A stretch of DNA of 64,000 nucleotides, taken from positions 46,190,001 through 46,254,000 of the forward strand of contig NC_086374.1 of NCBI RefSeq assembly GCF_036588685.1. Reading direction: 5' to 3'. Positions 21,702 to 35,541 of this stretch are shown here, one piece after another. Each line of letters begins with the position of its first letter. Within the stretch, counting starts at the first letter, position 1. A program made the translations under genes and the position numbers. This stretch comes from Mytilus trossulus (taxonomy: Eukaryota). Below the pieces are notes generated by a model that ran no database searches, was not told where the DNA came from, and worked only from the letters and a program-made list of their open reading frames with translations.

Positions 21702-24700
21702 TTAAACCACCCGAGTTCACTCGTGCATGAACCCAATATCCCAATCGATCCGAACAAACACGTGTTAACTATAAACAAACAACATTTTACATGTTCGATT
21801 TTGTACAACTTTGATAAATACATGTATTACTGTCTGATTTTTAGCAATGTATTATTTTTCAGTGTTTTTCTTGTTCCTTCTGCATGCATGTTTGCAAAAC
21901 ATCTCCAAAAACGGATATAACGAAAATGGCGTCATAGTTAAAACTTCAAAAGTATTTACCAGTCATTGTAACGAAAACATCGATGCATTAGTAATACTAC
22001 ATGACTTTTTATGTCTTTGTTTTCATATTCACAACAATTTACATCTTATACTTTTGTGTTATATTTTTAGATGGTTTATGTGGGTTTATAATATGTTTAA
22101 GATCAGTATGGCACGAATCGTTGACAGGTATAAAAAGATTTTTTTGTGGGGTTTAAATAAAAGGGCTGTACTATATATCACTGTTAATGTACGTATGGCT
22201 ATGATTCAACTCTTAAAGTAATATGAATAAAGAAAGGCAACAGTAGTATACCGGTGTACAAAAGTCATAAATCGATTGAGAGAAAAAAAAATGGGTATCA
22301 AACTTAAAAGCCAGGGAAACTCACCAACTGAGAGAGGAAAACAGAGGAACAACAAAAATACTGAAGTGCGACAAAAACAAAAGACAACATACAAAGAACA
22401 AACTATTAGATAACAAATGCCATATTTGTGACTTGGTACATGTAATTATAAGACAAAATTAGTGAGTTGAACCTGGTTTTATGGCTAGCCAAATCGCCCG
22501 CTTATGCGACAATGTTAAACTAGTTCGTTTAAGTAAATTATTGAACCAATGTATTCATATGTACTAAACGAAGTCCTCTATGCGCGCTTTTTCATAAAAT
22601 TTATAACGAATCAATGAAGTATTATTATAATCAACAAAAAAAATTCATTCAACTATTGGTGATTGAAAACATTGGTTTTGCCGAAGTTCAAAAGAGAGGT
22701 CACTGCATATTGAACTATTTTCGACGAAGTGGCAGTACGGAAAGACAATAATTTAGTAGTTTATTTCTGTAGATTTTGATAATATCAAAGATTTTCATTT
22801 AAACAAACAAATCATAGATACCAATATTGAAATTTTGTATTTGCGCCAAAGACATTAAAGGTCATGCCTTATAAGCGTGTTTCATAGTAATTAAAACCTT
22901 AGTCATTAGATATAACATATTCAACTTTTTTTTTATTTAAAAGATGATTTGACTAAGCAAAAATCGAGAAAAAAACCCGACAATATAAATATTCATTTGA
23001 ACATATTTCAATATAATCGGCCAGTCGTTAAATGTTTTCCCACCCAATATTTCCATTGTTTTGTTGAACAGTGGACAATGACCTGTGATTGAACTGGTAA
23101 ACATAAAAACAATTCCCCATATGAACTGATCATCAATTTTCACCTACTTATATATGGTTTGTACAAATAAAAGGCATTACAGATAATAGAGATCATGCAT
23201 AGACATAAAATTTGAAATAGAAATACTTTATTAGTAATCCAATTATGTATATCAATATCTATATTTTGACATAGAAAAATAGGATTTATCATTTTTAAGC
23301 ATATTTGTGATGTATAGAAAATAATGTTGATGTAAAGTGTTCTTTCCACTTGACTGTCTGCTGTCTGAAATACAATAGCTTCCGAATGCTAGCAATATTA
23401 TCATTTGAGATATATCCTCAACAATATACCGGCTTCGTTATATTTTACTGTCAAGTCTGGACTTGACTGTTCAATTTTTCAATTTTTCTGTTTTGCCTTC
23501 GCTCTTTCTGATCTTTAAAAGCAGTTGATATGGTTTCTGGTTGACATGTGCACTGTCATCTTCTGAAAATATAACTATTAGACAATTAACAATTGTAATA
23601 ACAGTGATAATTTCGTATGGTTGGTACGGATTCTTTTTAATCTGCCATATGATTGACCAAAAAAAGGATAACGCATGCTATTTTGCCTGTAATTGATTTT
23701 CGTTTTAGCTCACAAGATTAATCTGTGGAGACAAAATAAATTACAACACAAATAGCATCAACGACATCATGACTTGAAATAATGAAAACTATTTCTAAAT
23801 ATGGAATTTCAAGTATAACTAAGGTCAGGCAAACTAAAGAAAACGTGATTTGTCAATACCTGTATACAGATAAGAATAATTACTTAGCTTTGAATACCAG
23901 TCTAGTCTAGTCTTTGTAAGTCTGCTCTTTGGATCAAGGTGAGTCCTAAATTTATATCGTTCTAGATACCTTCAAATTTATAGTAAAACTTATACTACCA
24001 GTAATGTGTATGTGTACTTCAAATTTTACTGTCTCTTTCGAGATTTTAATTTCATCAAATTTTAAATTTCTATACGATAGGATTTTGCTGGCTTTTTTTG
24101 TGTGTCTTTCTTCAAAATATGAGAAAATTATTAAAGAATTTGGTTCAGTCTGATTTTTGTAAATAAACATTTCTTTCTAGAATAGAAAAAAAGTAAATAA
24201 AATTAAACGTATTACTATAATAAAAGACGACGGTAATGCATATATACATATATTCCCTGACCTTAGAATACAACAGATTAAAAGTTACTTGGGCAATTCC
24301 TGCAATACATGAATACATGTGCAATCAACAACTGGATCATGAGGACAACTAGTTCAATAGGAATACGAACTGCCCGACCACTTGAATTATATAGGTATAA
24401 AGACTTAGGAAAACGCCCCTATAACCTTACTATCGTGTCCATTTATACTTCTGACTGAGACAACATCAACATGCACATTTATTCTTAGAATAAACACTTA
24501 TAAATGAAAGAATTTGTATTGTAGACTTATAAATAAGTTTATGTAGACTTAGAAAGACGTATATTTCAACATAGAAATACGTTCATGTAGACTTGGAAAT
24601 ACGTTCATGTAGACGTAAATATACGTTCTTATTGGTATTTTGTGCATTTTCCTTTGATCTTGTTTTGTGATAATTTTTCATATCATGCTACTCGCTTGAG

Positions 24701-25302
24701 ATGGAAAATTATCGCTAGAAACTAAGGAGGCACGTGGCGTTACTAAGGACATTGACATGATATTGACATCGTCATCATAGGTGAAATAGCGATAAAAAGA
24801 TTGTCATCGGTCATCTCAACTCGATTGCATTTCTCGATTTCGCCGTCCCGGCTCAAGCGAGAACATCAATCTCGTTGAAATGATCAGCGATAACCTATAA
24901 ATATACTTAGAATTACTTAGAAGAACTTAAATTATTTTAACAGAAATAAAGAAATGTATAACTATATTGTTCCCAAAGCCATGACACAACGATTTTCAAG
25001 TTTTCATACAACATTTTGGAAGAAAACTTTACAAAACACTGGCATTGGCAATTTTGTAATAGGTCTTATTTTGTAATACCAAAGATTTCCTCCCGCCCAG
25101 ACCATTGGTATCAAAAAGTATTTTTAGCCAAAAAAGTCATATACGACATTTTGGAAGCCCAGCGACGACATATTGACTATTTTCTGCTATCTGGTCGGAT
25201 TGTTTTCTCTTGGACACATTCCCCATTTCCTTTCTCAATCTAATGTTGTCAGGGAAATATTCAAGCACTAAAGACTTGTTTGACATTTTGTTTCAGATCA
25301 TC

Positions 25303-28300
25303 ATGCAGTTGCTCGTCGTATTATCCCTTCTTTTTGGATATGCTTATTGGTAAGTCATAATCGTATTTTTATATACTGCCTTGAAATTCTTGAAAAACTA
25401 AACTCGTTGACTAGATCAACTTTTATCTATGTAGAACAAAATTGATAGGCGACTTTTCATGCACTGAACCAGGATTATAATTTAGTACGCCAGATGCGCG
25501 TTTCGTCTACATAAGACTCATCAGTGACGCTCAAAAAAAAATAAAGCCAAACAAGTACTAAGTTAAAGAGCATTGAGGATCCAAAATTCTTAAAAGTTGT
25601 GCCTAATAAGGCTACGGTTATCTATGTCTGGAATAAGAAAATCCTTAGTTTTTCGAAAAATTCTAATTTTTGTTAACAGGAAATTTATGAAAATGACAAT
25701 ATTTTTGATATTAATGTCAACACCGAAGTGTTGACTACTGGGCTGGTGATACCCTGAGGGACGAAACGCCCAACAGCAGTGGCATCGACCTAGTAAAATA
25801 TGATAGATAAACAGATGCATTTTACAGCAAAACACTTCAAAAGCATAAGATTTACTAAAAGGTCAATCTAATAGATATTGTCAATAGACTCTTTATAGTT
25901 AAACCTCAAGATTTTCAAATAAACAAAGTTAACATTGAAAAAAGGTATATAGTTATTTATAAGAATGAAGATGTGGTAGGATTGCCAATGAGTCAATTTT
26001 GTGAACTAAACAAAATCAACCGAAATATAGCCTAAATTGAAAAAGCGACTATGATCAGTAAAACAATACCTGTAGCAGGAGTCGTTTGATTGAGTATCAA
26101 ACGACTCCTACTTCATTTTCCTAGAATACATAACATTTTCTTAACGAAAATACACACCTATTTGAATACTTAAGATTTGAAAGTCTATATATTCTGCAGT
26201 GTATATTCTCACGAATTTTCTCTTTTTAAATGATTACTACCCTGTTAATTTGACAATTCATTATTTATTAAGCAGTTGCACATGTTAAGTTATATTCATA
26301 ATGAATTTTCTTTCTAATATAAAAAAGAAGATGTGGTATGTCTCGTGAAAATGTAATATATTTAGATCATATATATTGATATATAGATTATAAAGTTTTT
26401 TGTTTTTTTTCAATTTGTTGATTTCAAATTAATAATCTGATGTTCTGTTGTTTTCCTCTTTAAGTAGATGTGGTTTCTTTTGTTATGATTTGTGAACCGG
26501 AATTGTTTTCGCTTGATCGATTTATAACTATTGAACATCGGTATACAACTGTTGCCTTTAATGAAGTTATATCAGGGAAACTAACCCATGAGAAAATCAC
26601 ATGTTCTTGCAAATGCATTGCTTTTTTTCACAGTCAGATCCAAGTCCATGGACATGATTTGAATGTATTGGTAGCTAAAGGGTTTGCTCGTCTTGACACG
26701 AATAAAGACGGAATTTTGGAAGCCAACGAATATGAGGCTGTTTTAAAGGTTGACGACACTAATGGTTTGTGATAATATATAATACATAATTCGATAGGAC
26801 TCCCAAATCGATGGCCGATTTTATACCCCTCTAATCAAAGGTTTTTTTTTCAAATCACAAATTGACGTCCAAATCTTTGACTCACGACTCTGAAAAATAA
26901 AAGGTGAAACAAACATGATAGAATGTTATTTAATCAAATTAATAGTATGTTGTCATTCATTGTCATGTTGTCGTTTTCATAACCCATGTTTGTTCTTTTA
27001 TCTTGTTTAAGGAAGTTCGCTTGTCATATTTTGGATTTTTGTCAAATTTTCGAAATCCCCTGTTTTTATCTATTTTAATGCCTTAAAACAATTCGCCCAT
27101 TGACCCCCATTTTTCTTTTTATGAATCTTTTACATGTATACTTATAAGCCATCTGTAAAAGTCTTATAACACTTTTGTTATTTTTTAACAGTTTTTGAGA
27201 ACTTAAGTGGCTGTCCATGTAAATATCAGGCAAATCCTATGATATGGGTGGCACAACATAATTTTTTCCCCACTGAGTTTTTGGTTCCAATGCAATTTTT
27301 ATATCATACAGAGGATATGTATGTGAAAGATATTTTTGAATCAACAGTGGATGGCTCTGAAAATGATTTTAAAGTTCACTAACAATGCAACCAAATTTTT
27401 TACAAAATGAAGAGTTATCTCCCCTTTTAATGAATTTTCAGTGCTTTCTATGTATTTTTTTTTCTCTTTATTTTTTGCACTTAATAAAATAAAAAAAAAT
27501 AACTTTGAGAAAGAATGAATTTTTGATATGAAATAGATGAACAAATTTTTAAAACAAAATATGTCATGTGCCATCCACTGCCCGGGTTTTCCATGGACAC
27601 CCTCTTAATTAGTTATCAAAGGTACCAGGATTATAATTTAGTACGCCAGACGCGCGTTTCGTCTTCATAAGACTCATCAGTGACACTCAAATCAAAATTT
27701 TTATGAAGCCAAACAAGCACAAAATTGAAGAGCATTGAGGATCCAAAATTCCAAAAAATTGTGCCAAATACGACTAAGGTAATCTATACCTGGAATAAGA
27801 AAATCCTTAGTTTTTCGAAAATTCAAAGTTTTGTAAACAGGAAATTTATAAAAATTACCACATTAATGATATTCATACTACTGGGCTGGTGATACCCTCG
27901 GGGACGAAACGTCCACCAGCAGTGGCATCGACCCAGTGGTGTAAATAGTTATCAAAGGTGTCAATGATAAAGGTCAATGATAAAGCTATCAAAATTAAGA
28001 GAGAACAATGGCTAATATATCGAGAACAAGTACATTTACCTATATTTTATTTTCGCTCATTTGATTCCTTTATTAATCAACGTAAATATATACTGATAAT
28101 ATGAAAAGATTGTTATTTTGAAAATGAGTAACAAACTTCCTTAATTGACTCTTTGGGACGGGAATCTGTCCTGTGTTGTTCATTTTTCATAAGTCAAATA
28201 CGTTAGTATGATTTGTATATATATATGCCGTTTTAGGCGACACAACTTCAAAAACAAAACAATGAATACAAAAGAAATTAGTAAAGACTAAACTGTAAAT

Positions 28301-31300
28301 AAAACGAATTATTATATCATATATAATTCATCGATTAGGGGAGAACCCAATAGTCTATAACCGATTGGACATCTTTTTGTAATTGTAATACATGACGTCA
28401 TAGTTGATTATGATAAGAGAATGAACAATATTTATTGGCGTCATTAATTTCCAATTGTGCGTTTATTTGAAACCGATCAAAAACTTTTTTTAAATACAAG
28501 ATTTTATTTTAAAGTAGATCATAAGTATATAATATTTTAGATAGAATTTTCTTATACTTTGCCAAATTATACTGCGATTGTACAATCCAAGATGGCGGTA
28601 TACCATGGATGTTTAATAGTTATCCCACGATGACGCGGTGTGTCAGTGTAAGATCATCCCGATGGCCGGAGGCAAGAAGCTGATCTAACATTGACACACC
28701 AAGTCCGAGTGTGATAACTATTTTACATCCCAGCTGTTTTAGATTAGACGAAACATCATTTACAATTCATAAAATCTAGTTTAGAACGCCACACAACCAT
28801 TATAATATACTTTATACATTACTGTATGATGTATACCCTTTTTGACACCCGAACAAGATGAGTAGATATCAAACAATGTCAACTCGCTCCAACCTATATC
28901 GCCACTTTATGAAAAAAATCGCCCCACTCTTGTTTACCGACTCGCCCCACTTTTGAAAAAGTGTAAAATAAACTGAAAAATCACTGACAACTCACTTATT
29001 AACGAAAAGGGTTTAAACCCCACTGAATAAAGGTCTGCCAACTCGCCCCACTTATTTAAAATATATTGCTTCCTTTAAGTATGTTAAAGGAGTAGGTTCA
29101 GTAAGGCCCTTTTTTGGCCCCAAAATAGAACAGTTTTACAAAATTGTGAAAATATAATCTTTTAGCTATTTATTTATTGGAAAGAAGAATGCTTCTGCTT
29201 CATAAATATGGACTGTTTTGACCATATCATGCGCATATATCGGATACTAGCATCATAAAGTCATGCTAAATTACTGAAATCTTCACAATTTAAGCATTTT
29301 AGTTAAATTTTAGACGGTTTCCGTCTTAAATGAAAGTTGCGGCATTTGTGTTTATCTATAATATTGAGATGTTAGTTGTATTTGATGATAATACATAACA
29401 TATATGAAGGTTGAGGATGAACACGGATGAGGCCACTTTTATTTTTAACAAAAACCAACTAAAAAGTGACGTTTTTTGGCTTAGATAGATTTTTCATATT
29501 TAAGCTTGAATCTGAGAGTTTTTAATGACTTAATTAGTTAAAATATTTCACATAAACAAATGGAATCAATTTAAATAGACACTTAAGTGTTTAAAAAGTG
29601 TCCAAAATCTTTCGTTAGAAGAACCTGAAATTTGAGGCCAAATTCGACCCTTATCGGACCTACTCCTTACTGACAGTTTGTATCCAGTCGTCCTGGTGTA
29701 GTGGTTGTGTCGTGGCTTGATATGCTAAAGGTCTTGAATTCGAATCCTATTATATACACTGGATTTTTTTCTACGTGAATTTTGATAGATAGTCTTTTCC
29801 GTATAATTGTATATTAATTATAAGTTTTATAGTGGATTTGACATTCCCGCCAAAATGCTACAGAACAAAGGAATGCATGCATAACAAAGAAACACAAACT
29901 GCGGTGATCTGGCAGGGGTGATTCGGCTCAGATCACCCATGTTAGGACAAAGGAGCTGGGATGTAAACCTTAAGACATCGTTACATTGTATTTGTACAGT
30001 TATAATGTTTCTATTATTAAAGGTGACGGAACGATTACCTGTGATGAATACGTAGCTCACTCGTCTGCGCCAAAGGCACTTGCTTTACAAATATTTACGG
30101 CAGTTGACCCTGATCATGACTGTTCTCTTACTCATGCAGAAGCTTTGAGCTTACTTACAAAAATGGACCAAACAGGTATTTGTTTATTTACAGATCATAG
30201 AAAAGTCTAATACAAGTATTGAATAATCTTGGAGATGCGTACTATGACTGTTTTATGTGATATCGACATCATGTATCATGTCTCACATTTAACGGTTGGA
30301 AATGTTGTTTATTTATACCCTTCATTTTGACAAATGAATAGAAAAGATGTTCACATACACATTGGTAAATGAACAGCAGAAGCACTACTGAAATCAGAAA
30401 TACAACGTTACTTATCTCACGCATTTGGAAGTCCAATAATTTTTTTTTATTCCAGACAAATGTTACACGAATTAAAACAACATATTTACAATGAATTTTT
30501 ATACAGAAAATACATATATAGTAGATGAAAAAAAGACCAAACAAAGGCAAAAACTGACACCTACATTATCTAGGAACCCGTGATCAACGCCATCACTGAT
30601 CAAGGAGTTTCTATGCCTAAAATATAGTTATGATAATTACTATGGTAACCAAATGTGCTTGTTGATTTGGTGTATTTATTTTCATGAATATATTTCATAT
30701 TTTCAGGAGATGGACAGGTCAGCGAACATGAGTTTGAACATTTTTACGTTCAGGTAAGACTATAATGGCAACTTCCAGTGCTCAAGATACTGGCCATGTA
30801 TGCATTTCTTTCAAATTCAAAAAAATACCAAAAGCAACATATTGCTTCGATTATGTATGTCATTAATAACAAGAATGTGTCCCAAGTACATGGATGCCCA
30901 ATCCACATTATCATATTCTATGTTCCGTGGACCTTAAAAATGGGGTAAAAACTCTAATTTGGCATTGAAATTACAATGATCATATCATAGGAAATATGTG
31001 TGCGAAGTGTCAAGTTGATTGGACTTCAAAATCATCACAAACTACATCGATCAAAAACTATAACCTGACCTCGACCAAAAACTTTAAACTGAAGAGGGAC
31101 AGACGGACGAACAGACGAACGAACGAACAGACGGACGCACAGACCAGAAAACATAATGCCCATATATGGAACATAAAATTTGAATATCTCTTTTGAATAC
31201 GTCTGTAAATTGCATTTTGATACCTCTATAAATTGCTATTTACGGTTGCTTTTGTATACGACTATATACCGTGCCTACTACAAAGTGGTGTCGTCCTCTT

Positions 31301-34043
31301 GACATCTGTGTGGTTATCTTTGTCATTGGGCGGCTTACTCATTGACGTTGTACCCAAAATATAGTTATGTACAGTTGTATTTGTTTATGTCTGTCATATC
31401 TTAACAGTCATATGTTTACAGACATAATCAAATACAACTGTACATAACAGTATATTTTGGATACAACGTCAATGAACTAGCCACCTAATGACAAAGATAA
31501 CAAACAGGTGTTAATTTAATAGATGCTTTAGTAATTTTTGTAAAAAAAAAATGTTTTATGATTTTAACACAGGGATGACTGCCGTACCCATATTTTGACT
31601 ATTTTATTTATTATGTCTGTTTTGTTCACGCAGCGTTGTAAATATAACGGAATTTGACGAAACTGTCGTACAAGTGAGAGGGTTAGCTCTATAAAACCAG
31701 GTTCATTCCACCATTTTCTACATTTGAAAATGTCTGTACCAAGTCAGGAATATGACAGTTGTTGTCCATATGTTTGATGTGGGGTTTTTTTCATTTGATT
31801 TTGCCATGTGATTAGGGACTTTTCGATTGAATTTTCCTCGGAGTTCAGTAATTTTGTGATTTTACTTTTTTTTGTATGGCAGAAACATCAGCATTAATCT
31901 TTAAAATAACTAATTTATACATATAAAACAGATTTGACAACAATAGTATTCTCCCAATGTTTGAGTATTTTTAATCATGCTTGAACGTAAGACAGGACAG
32001 GAGTTTTGAGTAATGTAAAAAACAGAACAGGAGTTTTGAGTAAAAAAATGCAGAGGGAGCAACTTTTCCAAAAAACGACAGGATGACAATTTATGTTAAA
32101 AGTCAGAATGAACATAGGCGGGACTGACCAAAGCAACACATAATAAGGCAGGACAGAGATAACAATTTCAAAAATACAGGGCAGAAATTTTCATCCTAGA
32201 TCACCCGCCTCCCTCACAAAAAAATCAAGAAAATGAAATTGTAGCTCCCTTTATGAAAATATCATTTTTTAGTACAATAATGTCATGACTTTTGTTTGTT
32301 ATTGGAAATGTTTTTAAGGATGTCTGTGGGTTCGTGGAAACCGCATCGCAGGATCAAATTTATAGCGGCTTCTTTCCGACTTTTAAGTCCCAGTAGTGAA
32401 TACATATTGTTAAAATAGTATTAGTATTCTTATCGAAATACTTTCTTTCAACACTCACACACAGACACACACTTATATATATATATATATAATCGTTTGT
32501 ATAGCAGCGTGGACAACCGCATTACTTTTTTTTTTATTTTAAATGATACTGAATCATTTACCTGTAACTCTTTTGTCATCGGCTATCTATGGTGAGTCTT
32601 GTGTGGACAAGGCGCGTTTTTGGCGTATTGAATTTTAAACCTGATGCTTTTGTTATCTATTAATCATGTTTTTCTTTGTCTAATATGTTCTCCTATGTAT
32701 TTTTATTGTAGTCCTGTAATATTATGTTGTCATTTCAATGTTTTATTTAACTTTGCCATTAAAGTGCGAGGTTTGGCATGCCACAAAACCAGGTTCAACC
32801 CATCACTTTTATTCCCCTTTAAAAATGTCCTGTACCAAGTCAGGAAGATGGCCATTGTTATATTATTGTTCGTTTCTGTGTGTGTTGCATTTTAACGTTG
32901 AGTCGTTTGTGTTTTCTCTTATTTTTGAGATATTGAGATAAGACGTGGCACGGTACTTGTCTCTCCCAAATTCATGTATTTGGTTTTAATGTTATATTTG
33001 TTATTCTCGTGGTGTTTTGTCTGATGCTTGGTCCGTTTCGGTGTTGTGTCGTTGTTCTCCTCTTATACTTAATGCGTTTCCCTCGGTTTTAGTTTGTTAC
33101 CCCGATTTTGTTTTTTGTCCATGGATTTATGAGTTTTGAACAGCGGTATACTACTGTTGCCTTTATCTATCTTTAACAGTAATTTACGCTCATTCAGTGT
33201 GTCAGAGCTTCAAATAGTGATTAAAATAGAATAAAAGAGTAAAGTACATGCAAATGAACGAGAAAAAAATGAAAGTTTAAGGATGCAACATTTAAATCAA
33301 CACACAAGGTTTAGTCCTCTGCACGTTATTCGTATGATTTGATTTAGGCGTTTATAACCTTTAGTAGCAACCCCACAGTTTAAATGTCTGTAACACGTTC
33401 GATATGAAAAGTGGGTGTTACAGACGAATGTTCACCCAATCTGACCCAGTCAATTGATAACCGGAGCGCGCCAAAAAAAATCTTGTCCACGTTATTATGA
33501 AAATTATTCTATTTACATATGGCCTGCCGAAGGCTATTTGTTCAGCTGAATTATTTGTCAAAACGATTTTATTACGTTATCTTCATATATTATCATTTAT
33601 TTGAATACCGTTGCGCAATTTTTTAAACTTTGTAACATTTTCCGTATTTGCGCAGCATCGTCCTGTACATATTAAATTTGTTGTTCGGTTATTTTCTATA
33701 GACCTAGATGTTTCATCTCAAATTTAACCAAACATTGTACTAAGATCACTTACTTTGTGTTAGAAAGTTTTGTTTTTCCCTCAGCGGGGTTCGGACATTT
33801 CCGTCTGTGACATTGTTGCAATATTTCCTGAACCGTTATCAACGCCCTACTTTTGGACCACTTTGGCTACATAAAAAAATATAGCTTTCGGGGGTAGATT
33901 TACATGTAATGACTTTGTTCGTTGATTTAATCTAGCGTTGTTTATAATTGTTCAAGATCGAAACAAAATTATATTATATGTTTTTTTTTCAGATCTTGAA
34001 ACACCTCGGTCACGTGGACCATGGTCACCAAGTAGTGGGTTGA
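25303..34043 (+). CDS. Secreted EF-hand calcium-binding protein, paralog 2 (142 aa, His-rich)
   Basis: Coding exons are 25303-25349, 26634-26764, 30023-30175, 30707-30753 and 33993-34043. Introns are GT-AG with phases 2,1,1,0, identical to paralogs 1 and 3. Protein: MQLLVVLSLLFGYAYCQIQVHGHDLNVLVAKGFARLDTNKDGILEANEYEAVLKVDDTNGDGTITCDEYVAHSSAPKALALQIFTAVDPDHDCSLTHAEALSLLTKMDQTGDGQVSEHEFEHFYVQILKHLGHVDHGHQVVG*. Confidence 0.9.
27207..27604. mobile_element. TTAA-flanked MITE (Kolobok-type)
   Basis: Structure is TTAA|GTGGCTGTCCATGTAAATATCAGGCA ... TGCCCGGGTTTTCCATGGACACCCTC|TTAA, with imperfect ~25-bp TIRs. Confidence 0.7.
27610..27959 (+). repeat. High-copy dispersed repeat family (AAGGTACCAGGATTATAATTTAGTACGCCAGACGCGCGTTTCGTC...)
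   Basis: Related copies lie at about 25468-25795 (+), 40805-40950 (+), 41153-41270 (+), 59212-59480 (-), 32594-32645 (-) and 63965-64000 (-). This copy begins and ends with TAGTTATCAAAGGT. Confidence 0.8.
29088..29667. mobile_element. MITE with imperfect TIRs, probably Kolobok-type, nested in an older repeat
   Basis: Structure is TTAA|AGGAGTAGGTTCAGTAAGG ... CCTTATCGGACCTACTCCT. The right target-site duplication is degenerate. Confidence 0.7.
30868..31178 (+). mobile_element. Helentron-associated non-autonomous element (pearl/CvA/DINE-like)
   Basis: It starts AACAAGAATGTGTCC, contains a GACA/GACG/GAAC tetranucleotide microsatellite at about 31098-31143, and ends with an imperfect hairpin ATGCCCATATATGGAACAT followed by an A run. 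This matches the architecture of bivalve pearl/CvA-type elements. Confidence 0.7.
31302..31511. repeat. Long inverted repeat (~90-bp arms, ~25-bp loop) in intron 4 of EF-hand paralog 2
   Basis: GTTATCTTTGTCATTGGG...CATTGACGTTGTACCCAAAATATA...GTTATGTACAGTTGTATTTG...TTATGTCTGT pairs with ACAGACATAA...CAAATACAACTGTACATAAC...TATATTTTGGATACAACGTCAATG...CCTAATGACAAAGATAAC. Confidence 0.85.
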
Positions 34044-35356
34044 TCTGTAAGTTCTATGTTGATTATGATTATTAACATTATTCAATGTTGTTTTCTTGTA
34101 TTATATTTATTTCTGAACACAAAAAGATACTATTACCATAAAAACTTTATCACACAGAATGTATAAGATATTGTCCTACTTTAACCGTTCGTAGACTTTT
34201 TAGCCCCTTAAAACATTTTATTTGAAATGCACTACAGACGGAAAATCGGCCTCACCAAATACTTTTTTCAATCTAAATGCAACTTTGGCTGAGGGAGTTG
34301 AAACCTTAGTTACTTATAATTTCAAAACTTATAAACGAACAATTTTTAAATGTTTTCTTATAAGATAAGATGAATAAGTACAAGCTGATAATATCATGGG
34401 GACTGATGGTTCTGTAATAAATGAAGCTACACGATACAAATTTCAAGCATTTGAAAACCAAGGATATTTAAGAACCTAATCAGTTGGAAAGCTTTATTAC
34501 CAAACATGACATCAGCAAATAGCAATATTAATATTATGTATACTCCGCATGGGGATGTTGTTTGTTGTTTGGACTACTGAAAGACAAAACAAGAAGAATA
34601 TTTACCAAAAGAACCGTGGTATAACATAGTCAAAGTCATTCGAGAAATAGCTGTGCTATATAAGGATCATAAATTAGATAATTAAACTGCAATAATATAA
34701 CAGAAGCTTAGAAAATAGCGGTAAATTAGAATAAAAAGTAACAGTAGCAGTACCAGAGAAGTGGTAACAGTTGCAGTACAAGTAGAAGCTGCATTCGTTG
34801 TAGAAGCAATATTCATACCTTTTCTTCCTCTATTCCTCTAGATCTGTTTTTGGTGTTTCTTTTTCGTCCACTTATTAGAATTTCATTTTTCAATGTTGTA
34901 AAGGTTTAAATAAACATAAAATGGACGATTGTATTTGTTTTGTTTGTCAAATACTATTTCATATCACCTTTTTTTCATATGATATAATAATAACAAACGC
35001 ACGATATTCAACATTTCATATTTCAGCTCTCCTTACTAAAGCGACATGATACCAAATAGGAGTCAGACCAAGTTTTAATAAAGGACTAGCATTATATCCT
35101 TAGATTTGTTCTTTCGATTTTAATAGCATGATGACTTAAAAAGAAGGGGGCGAAAGATACCAGAGTCAAACTCATAGATCGAAAACAAACTGACAACGCC
35201 TTTGCTTAAAACGAAACAGACAAAAAGACAAATAAATATTATAGTACACATGATACGAGAGGGAAAATGGATTCGAGAATTAGTAAAAAGTTGTTATCTG
35301 TAATTATAAAATGAACTAATGAACTTGATGGTTCAGATATTTTGTCAAATGCAGTG

Positions 35357-35541
35357 ATATCATAAACAGTCACGGCCATTAATACACAACTGAGTCTCAT
35401 ATCGTGTAAAGGATAATTTCACAAGCGGTCACGGCCATTAATACACATCACCTGAGTCTCGTACCGTATACTGGATAATATCACAAGCGGCCAGAGCTAT
35501 TACTACACGCCACCTGAGTCTCGCACCGTGTAATGGATAAT
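35357..35541 (+). repeat. ~60-bp tandem repeat, 3 units
   Basis: The unit is approximately ATATCACAAGCGGTCACGGCCATTAATACACATCACCTGAGTCTCGTACCGTGTAATGGATA. Confidence 0.75.

Noticed and set aside
22640-24170. Possible decayed minus-strand gene (ORFs 22937-23143 and 23952-24170, exon-like 23340-23562)
   Set aside because: I found no recognisable domain, there are in-frame stops, and I could not assemble a phase-consistent model.
29690-29770. tRNA gene (TGGTGTAGTGG ... GAATTCGAATCC)
   Set aside because: A- and B-box-like motifs are present but I could not fold convincing acceptor and anticodon stems. It is more likely a decayed tRNA-derived repeat.
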